11,307 bases of DNA, taken from Candidatus Hodarchaeota archaeon (GTDB taxonomy: Archaea > Asgardarchaeota > Heimdallarchaeia > Hodarchaeales > Hodarchaeaceae). A model generated the notes under the pieces. It saw nothing but the letters and a program-made list of their open reading frames with translations. It made no database searches and was not told the origin of the DNA. Positions 5,569 to 11,307 of the stretch are shown one piece after another. The DNA lies in contig JAEOTM010000117.1 in assembly GCA_016839815.1 (NCBI GenBank), forward strand, positions 1 to 11,307, in the 5' to 3' direction. The stretch's first letter is position 1. Each line of letters opens with the position of its first letter. The position numbers and the translations under genes were made by a program.

Positions 5569-7902
5569 TCAGATTCCTCCTTCTTTGAGGGCTTGTAACA
5601 TCCACTCCTGAGTTACTGGAATACTTCTAAATGAAACACCGGTTGCTCTCTGAATTGCATTTAAAATTGCTGATGGTGGTCCTAATGCAGGATGTTCAGC
5701 GATAGGACGAGCTCCATAAGGCCCATCTGGTTGGGGAGTTTCCACGAAGATACAACTATATTTTCTTGGCATATCTGATAATCTCGGTATAGCATATCTT
5801 CGTAAATTGGTAGTTGTCATAATTCCAGATTCATCGTAGATAATTTTTTCTTTTAATGCCTGACCAATTCCCTGCATCACTCCACCAGTGACTTGACCTT
5901 CTGCTAATCTTGGATTGATTATTTTTCCAGCATCAAGAGCTGTTACAAAATGGAGAACAGTGATTTTTCCAGTATTCTTGTTGACCTTCAGATCAACACC
6001 TTGACTACCATAAGTCCACTCATAAGGTTGATATTGGCCTGTCTCAAGATCTGGAAATGTGACATTACGAACAACGGATGATCCTGTGCTTAGTATAGGA
6101 TTCCCTACGGTATGGCCATCTGGATATTGATATCCTAATACTAAGTCTTTGAGATCAATGGTTTTATCTTGATAACTTACTTTAGTACCATCATAGACAA
6201 TATCAGTTAAAGAACAATTCCATACTTCGGCCGCATTCTTCTTAAATTTCATTATTGCTCGATCACATGCTGCAATAATCGCATTACCAACGCGCATAGT
6301 TGTCATACTAGCAACTGTCTGCCATTCATATGGGGTTAACTGTGTATTGATCTCATAATTAATTCTAATATCATCTACAGACTTTTGTAGTTTATCAGCG
6401 GCTATCTGTGCTAAAACGGTTAAACATCCCTGACCCAATTCGACTCCTCCGATAGAGATGTTAATGGTTAAATCTTCATTAAATTTTAAAAATACGTTGG
6501 AGGAGGCATTGGCAGTTTGAACAGGTGATTTAATTAGCCCTACTACCGCCCGACCGTAGTAATACTTCTCATCTTCAGGAGGAAGGGAGATTTCATCAAG
6601 TTTTGCTACTGTTTGAGTAAAACATTTTCTAATATCACCATTATGATCGGTAATTGCTTGTCCAAGCGAATTCGTATCTCCTGGTTTCAAAAAATTCTTC
6701 ATTCTTAGATCATTGGGATCTATATTCAATTCTAAAGCTAATTTGTTCAATAATCGCTCAATCATAAATTGTCCTTCGGGATGACCGTAACCACGAAAAG
6801 CACCAACAGGTGTAGAATTGGTATATACACCAAACGATTTAAGATCACAATTAGGAAAAAAGTAGGGGCCTACACAATTATGCCCTGCTGCTAATACTAC
6901 ATTACAACCTGTATCGCCATATGCACCATCTGAGAAGTATTGAGTTGCTTTTATCCCCGTGAGTGTTCCATCAGCTTTAGCACCTATTTTCATACGCCCC
7001 TTCATACCACGTCCTAACACTGATCCAATAAAAACTTCTTTTCGAGTCAGTACAAATTTGACATGATATCCTGGTACCTGTCGCGCAGCTAGAACTACAA
7101 GGGGTTCGATTGTATAATCACTTTTTCCTCCAAATCCCCCACCAAGATAAGGAATATGAATGTGAATTTTTGTCATCTGTTTAATCTTGAAATAATCTGC
7201 AAGTACTTCTCGTAAGACGAAAGGCGCTTGAGAGCTACTCCAAAGATGGAGTTCACCAGTATGATCCCAACGGGCAATCGCACCGTGAGGTTCAATTGCA
7301 GCATGATTCATTAAAGGATATTCGAATTTATCCTCAACTGTAACCTCGGCATCTTTGAAAACATTCTCATACTCCCCTTTTTTGAGTTGATACTTATAGA
7401 ATATGTTTGTTTCAGGAATTGGGACAAATGTAGGAACATGACGATAATGACCATTTTTCTCATGAATTAGTGGGGATTCTTTCCTCGCAGCAATAATTGG
7501 ATCCAGCACAAAGGGTAATTCCTCTAGGTCCACCTCTATTTTTTTGATTGCTGCTAGTGCTTGCTTCTCTGTCTCTGCAATAACAACTGCTATGACCTCT
7601 CCCGCATGTCTTACTTTATCTATAGCTAGTGGTGGTTGATCAAAAATACAAGTTCCAAATAAATGATTTTTATCTAGATTGAGGGACTTTCCTGTAAACA
7701 CTTTATGTATTCCTGGCATGGATTGTGCTTTACTGATGCTAAGTGATTTAATGTTGGCAGCTGGAACACCAGCTCTCATAACCTTCATTATTAATGTTCT
7801 AGGAAAGCGTAAATCATCAATGAATAATGCAGAACCTGTTACTTTTTCTAAAGCGTCTGCTCGTGGAACGCTAGTTCCTACTACTTTACTGAACAACTTC
7901 AT
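5569..7902 (-). CDS. Xanthine dehydrogenase-family molybdopterin-binding large subunit (CoxL/CutL-like aldehyde/N-heterocycle oxidoreductase)
   Basis: Motifs: EKVTG, HAAIEPH, SSSQAP, LGGGFGGK, GAFRGYG, ELGQG..T...QIAA, DAGKIINP...GQ..GG..QGIG and GPYGARPIAE (catalytic Glu present). Confidence 0.95.
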   Translation of the reverse strand: MKLFSKVVGTSVPRADALEKVTGSALFIDDLRFPRTLIMKVMRAGVPAANIKSLSISKAQSMPGIHKVFTGKSLNLDKNHLFGTCIFDQPPLAIDKVRHAGEVIAVVIAETEKQALAAIKKIEVDLEELPFVLDPIIAARKESPLIHEKNGHYRHVPTFVPIPETNIFYKYQLKKGEYENVFKDAEVTVEDKFEYPLMNHAAIEPHGAIARWDHTGELHLWSSSQAPFVLREVLADYFKIKQMTKIHIHIPYLGGGFGGKSDYTIEPLVVLAARQVPGYHVKFVLTRKEVFIGSVLGRGMKGRMKIGAKADGTLTGIKATQYFSDGAYGDTGCNVVLAAGHNCVGPYFFPNCDLKSFGVYTNSTPVGAFRGYGHPEGQFMIERLLNKLALELNIDPNDLRMKNFLKPGDTNSLGQAITDHNGDIRKCFTQTVAKLDEISLPPEDEKYYYGRAVVGLIKSPVQTANASSNVFLKFNEDLTINISIGGVELGQGCLTVLAQIAADKLQKSVDDIRINYEINTQLTPYEWQTVASMTTMRVGNAIIAACDRAIMKFKKNAAEVWNCSLTDIVYDGTKVSYQDKTIDLKDLVLGYQYPDGHTVGNPILSTGSSVVRNVTFPDLETGQYQPYEWTYGSQGVDLKVNKNTGKITVLHFVTALDAGKIINPRLAEGQVTGGVMQGIGQALKEKIIYDESGIMTTTNLRRYAIPRLSDMPRKYSCIFVETPQPDGPYGARPIAEHPALGPPSAILNAIQRATGVSFRSIPVTQEWMLQALKEGGI

Positions 7903-8065
7903 TTCCCAAAAAACATGGTTGATTCTCTGTATAAAAAATCTTGTTTCTAAAAGGTTGTGAGATTATAATTCATTGGTTTCTCTTATATTGTGGGAAAGAT
8001 AGAAATTTTTAGGTTTTACTATTATTAAACGAGCTATAAATTTTTTTGAAGATAGGTTTTGACCT

Positions 8066-9988
8066 ATGGCTGACATTAATCACATAAAAATAGGAATACT
8101 TGATTTAACGTCAGGTGAAATCAATTCTGAAGATTATTCCTTCGATAGTGGAGAATTTAAAAGATATCTGGGAACTGAAGGTCTTGTTGTTTACTATCTG
8201 TTGAAGAATATGCCAGTTAATTGTCATCCCTTATCTGCGGATAACCATTTATGTTTTATTACTGGTATATTGAGTGCTACTAAAGTTCCATTCTCTGGTC
8301 GATTTACTGTAGTCTGTAAATCTCCTCTTACAGGTGGATGGGGTGAAGCCAACGCAGGGGGCCGTTTTGGACCTGAATTACGAAAGACAGGCTTTGATGC
8401 TCTTATCATCAAGGGAAAAGCCAAGGAATTATCAACTATTGTTGTAACAGATGATTCTATTGCAATCAGAAAAGCTGATAAGCTTAAAGGTTTGGATTGT
8501 ATCCAAACAGAAAACATTCTGAAGGAAGAATTTGGTAAAAAAGCTCAAATCGCAAGTATTGGATTAGCAGGGGAAAATTTAGTATTAATTTCTGGTATTG
8601 TCACTGATAAGGGGAGAATTGCTGCTCGAAGTGGCGTAGGAGCAGTTATGGGCTCAAAAAATCTTAAAGCAGTAGTAGTTAGAGGTACTAAATCTATGAA
8701 AGTAGCTGATCCAGCGGGCCTGAATGAACTACGGAAATTAGTAAATAAACGTATAACTAAGGGAATTAGTCCTCTAATGAAACCAGGATTAAAGGCTTCA
8801 ACAACATTTGCACCGTGGATTCGGAGATTCCGTATAAAGAACTATGGCTCGATGAGTCCAAGCAATATGATCATTGAAACTTATCGTCGATGGGGAACAT
8901 GTGCTGGAAGCGCTATTTGCATTGAAACTGGTGATGCGCCTGTTAAGAACTGGAAAGGATCATATCTTGATTTTCCTCTCAAAAAAAGTTCTAAAATCAC
9001 TGGAGATAATGTAACAAAGTTTCAAATTAGAAACTATGGCTGTCATAGTTGTCCTATGGCCTGTGGGGGAATAATGAGGTATACAGATGAGAATTTCACT
9101 CTCGAGGAAACACACAAACCTGAATATGAGACATTAATCATGCTTGGTGCCAATTTGTTAAATGATGATCTTGGTGCGATCTATCAATTAAATAATTATT
9201 GCAATCGTCAAGGTTTGGATACCATTGCAGCTGGAGCTCTCTTAGCATTTATTATTGAAATATTAGAAACAGGAAATATTACACAAGAGCATTTGAATGG
9301 ATTGAATCCAACGTGGGGTGATCCTACAGATTATCTTGCAGTACTAAAGTTGATAACGGAGAGAAAAGCGGGAGGAGATATATTTGCAGATGGTTTTATA
9401 CGAGCTTCGGAACAATACAAGACTTCTAGCGGGATTCATATTCAAAATCAAGCCTTACCTGCTCATGATCCACGATTTTCTAATAGTATTTTACTCTCTT
9501 ATCGATTAGATCCTGCACCAGGAAGACATACTCCATTCATAGAACTAATGCTTGATCTGGCGAAATTTAGTCAAATGTTTCCTCACCTCCCTAAAACCGA
9601 CCGTCTACCAAATTTTTATTGTTATCATAAGACGGTATCTGCATTAGGTCTGTGTCAATTTAGTTTATTAACAGGTAATTTTCCTGTGGTGGAATTTGTA
9701 AATCTAGTAACTGGATTTAATTTTTCAATTGAGGACATCGTAATTATCGGTGAGCGAATTTTAACTTTGAAGCATATATTCAATTTGAGGGAGGGAAAAA
9801 ACCCTCTTGATTATCATCTGCCCGCTAGAGCCATGGAGAATGCCGATCGTGGACCTAATAAAGCAATTTCAGATATAACGGAACAAAAATTAATTACTGA
9901 ATTTCTAGAATCGTTACATTGGGACACTTCAACAACTATTCCGAAAAAAGAGCGATTGGAGGAACTAGGATTAGATGGACTTATCTAA
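8066..9988 (+). CDS. aor: Aldehyde:ferredoxin oxidoreductase family protein (tungstopterin, 4Fe-4S)
   Basis: Motifs: KSPLTGGWGEANAGG, GFDALIIKGKA, ARSGVGAVMGSKNLKA, CHSCPMAC (three 4Fe-4S ligands), PEYET, GLDTI, HDPR and LGLCQF (fourth Cys). Confidence 0.94.
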   Translation: MADINHIKIGILDLTSGEINSEDYSFDSGEFKRYLGTEGLVVYYLLKNMPVNCHPLSADNHLCFITGILSATKVPFSGRFTVVCKSPLTGGWGEANAGGRFGPELRKTGFDALIIKGKAKELSTIVVTDDSIAIRKADKLKGLDCIQTENILKEEFGKKAQIASIGLAGENLVLISGIVTDKGRIAARSGVGAVMGSKNLKAVVVRGTKSMKVADPAGLNELRKLVNKRITKGISPLMKPGLKASTTFAPWIRRFRIKNYGSMSPSNMIIETYRRWGTCAGSAICIETGDAPVKNWKGSYLDFPLKKSSKITGDNVTKFQIRNYGCHSCPMACGGIMRYTDENFTLEETHKPEYETLIMLGANLLNDDLGAIYQLNNYCNRQGLDTIAAGALLAFIIEILETGNITQEHLNGLNPTWGDPTDYLAVLKLITERKAGGDIFADGFIRASEQYKTSSGIHIQNQALPAHDPRFSNSILLSYRLDPAPGRHTPFIELMLDLAKFSQMFPHLPKTDRLPNFYCYHKTVSALGLCQFSLLTGNFPVVEFVNLVTGFNFSIEDIVIIGERILTLKHIFNLREGKNPLDYHLPARAMENADRGPNKAISDITEQKLITEFLESLHWDTSTTIPKKERLEELGLDGLI

Positions 9989-10029
9989 ATTGTTCCCCCT
10001 TTATTACAGTTTAATGACAGAATGCTTTT

Positions 10030-10057
10030 GTAATCATCAATTCCCCGTTGAGATTAC
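10030..10057 (+). terminator. Stem-loop downstream of aor (possible terminator or regulator site)
   Basis: GTAATC-A-TCAA-[TTCCCCG]-TTGA-GATTAC forms a 10-bp stem with a 1-nt bulge, 42 nt after the aor stop. Confidence 0.3.
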
Positions 10058-10104
10058 TTCCTAATGCTGTATTGGATACCCTTTTTAGATAATGGTGAAC
10101 AATT

Positions 10105-10440
10105 ATGACAGAATCTGAGCATGTAGCAATGATAAACAAAATGAGGGAGAATTTCTTAACAGATAAAGCTAAGAAAACTTTCAGAAAATGGAACAAAACC
10201 ATGGCTTTTGAATTTACCGATTTGGAACAGATTTTTTACTTTCCTATAGAAGCTGGAACTCCCAATGAAATAGTAGAAGGAGAACCAGAGAAAGCAGACA
10301 TCAAAATCATTACAGATTCAAAAACGTGGGTAGGAGTTATGAAAGGGGAGATCGGAGGTATGAAAGCATATACTTCCAAGAAATTAAAAGTTAAGGGAAA
10401 AATGCCTGATCTTTTAAAGCTTCAAAAACTAATGAAGTAA
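10105..10440 (+). CDS. SCP2 sterol/lipid-binding domain protein
   Basis: 111 aa. The C-terminal pattern ADIKIITDSKTWVGVMKGEIGGMKAYTSKKLKVKGKMPDLLKLQKL matches the SCP2 consensus (D..i......f.....G.l....Af..gklKv.Gd...l.kl). SD GGTGA at 10094-10098. Confidence 0.88.
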   Translation: MTESEHVAMINKMRENFLTDKAKKTFRKWNKTMAFEFTDLEQIFYFPIEAGTPNEIVEGEPEKADIKIITDSKTWVGVMKGEIGGMKAYTSKKLKVKGKMPDLLKLQKLMK

Positions 10441-10487
10441 TTCTTACTCGCTTTTAAAGAAGTATCCATAAATTTGGTGACAGTACC

Positions 10488-11111
10488 GTGTCAGATCACG
10501 AAAGAAAAGTCGCTTTATGTAATACAATGAAAGAACTATACAAAGAAAAAATTCTCACTGATATAGGAGGTAATCTAAGTTTTCGCTCAAATGAAGAGTC
10601 GGAAAAATATTTTTGGATCACTCCCTCGGGGATGAAGAAAGACATTGTCGAACCAGAGCATCTAATCAAAATGACTATGGATGGTGAAGAAGTAGATAAT
10701 GATGGTGATCTTTCCCCAAGTGTAGAATGGCCGATTCATCTTCGGATATATCAGGAAGATGAGGATTTTCAATTTGTTATTCACTCACATGCTCCCCTTG
10801 CCACAGCCTACTCTATCTTGGCAAAACCTCCAGAAATTCCTCCACTAACAGCTGAATTAGGATTTTTAGTTCCTGAAATAATTATTGTGCCTTATCAACA
10901 AAGTGGATCAAAGGAATTAGGAGAAGCTGTAGCTGAATTACTATGGGACAGTCAAACCCTTGTCTTGGAGAACCATGGGGTTGTAGCAGTTAGTGAAGAA
11001 TCTTTTGAAAATGCAGCAATAAAAACACGTGCTTTAGAAGAATATCTTCAACTTTATCTCACTATTAAGAAATTTGGCGGAGATATCCGTCCTTTTCCAG
11101 GTTTTGAATAA
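10488..11111 (+). CDS. Class II aldolase/adducin family protein (FucA/RhaD/MtnB-like)
   Basis: GGNLS, ITPSG, PSVEWPIH, HSH and LENHG retain the catalytic Glu and three Zn-binding His. GTG start with GGTGA upstream. Confidence 0.93.
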   Translation: MSDHERKVALCNTMKELYKEKILTDIGGNLSFRSNEESEKYFWITPSGMKKDIVEPEHLIKMTMDGEEVDNDGDLSPSVEWPIHLRIYQEDEDFQFVIHSHAPLATAYSILAKPPEIPPLTAELGFLVPEIIIVPYQQSGSKELGEAVAELLWDSQTLVLENHGVVAVSEESFENAAIKTRALEEYLQLYLTIKKFGGDIRPFPGFE

Positions 11112-11125
11112 AGAGTGAAAGGAAT

Positions 11126-11307
11126 ATGCCAGAATACTATTTTTCTCTTGACGCAGGTACGAGTGGAGGAAAAGCAGCTGTTCTTGACGATCATGGATAC
11201 ATAGTAGGGTTTTCTAAAACTCCATGGAGCCATCACTACTATATACCTGAAGATCTAGATCCTTATGGAAATGAATTCGACCCAAATCAATTCTGGGATA
11301 TTCTCCT
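11126..11307 (+). CDS. FGGY-family carbohydrate kinase, N-terminal fragment (runs off the window)
   Basis: Manual translation gives MPEYYFSLDAGTSGGKAAVLDDHGYIVGFSKTPWSHHYYIPEDLDPYGNEFDPNQFWDIL, with the D-x-G-T-x-x-x-K phosphate-1 motif and the E-x-D-P-x-x-x-W motif of FGGY kinases. It starts 14 nt after the aldolase stop. Confidence 0.88.
   Translation, partial: MPEYYFSLDAGTSGGKAAVLDDHGYIVGFSKTPWSHHYYIPEDLDPYGNEFDPNQFWDIL

Noticed and set aside
5569-7902. Aerobic CO dehydrogenase (coxL)
   Set aside because: The active-site loop is AFRGYG and lacks the Cu-binding Cys of AYxCSFR. No coxM or accessory cox genes are present.
7679-8517. ORFs 7679-7960(+) and 8224-8517(-)
   Set aside because: Antisense shadows of the XDH large subunit and aor.
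10488-11111. Assigning fucA or mtnB, or a eukaryote-like adducin
   Set aside because: The catalytic motifs are shared across the class II aldolase family, so specificity cannot be read from sequence alone. There is no adducin tail.
10011-11236. ORFs 10011-10202(-) and 11054-11236(-)
   Set aside because: They overlap the SCP2, aldolase and FGGY kinase genes on the opposite strand and show no motifs.
1-11307. CRISPR arrays, tRNA/rRNA, IS elements, recoding (Sec/Pyl) or frameshifts
   Set aside because: I saw no spaced repeats, cloverleaf or transposase signatures. All complete genes look full-length, with no in-frame stop interrupting a conserved domain.

Overview
AT-rich, gene-dense prokaryotic window, probably archaeal. 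This rests on GGTGA/AGGT-type ribosome-binding motifs, BRE/TATA-like promoters, a tungsten-type aldehyde:ferredoxin oxidoreductase and a standalone SCP2 protein; an Asgard-like origin is only my inference. Left part: a tightly packed minus-strand operon of a 7-TM protein, a 12-TM His-rich membrane protein and a heme O synthase (cyoE/ctaB, truncated at the window edge and absent from the ORF track), divergent from a Cys-rich HxlR-family regulator. The 12-TM protein is the most interesting element. It has a 3x4-helix layout with His in TM2 and HxH in both TM6 and TM10. This resembles the heme-copper oxidase subunit I scaffold but lacks the canonical CuB HH and HPxVY motifs. Middle: an orphan membrane protein and a VOC-fold protein. 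Right part: a xanthine-dehydrogenase-family Mo enzyme (large + 2Fe-2S subunits, no FAD subunit) head-to-head with an AOR, then SCP2, a class II aldolase and the start of an FGGY sugar kinase (truncated, also absent from the ORF track). I found no RNA genes, CRISPR arrays or mobile elements.
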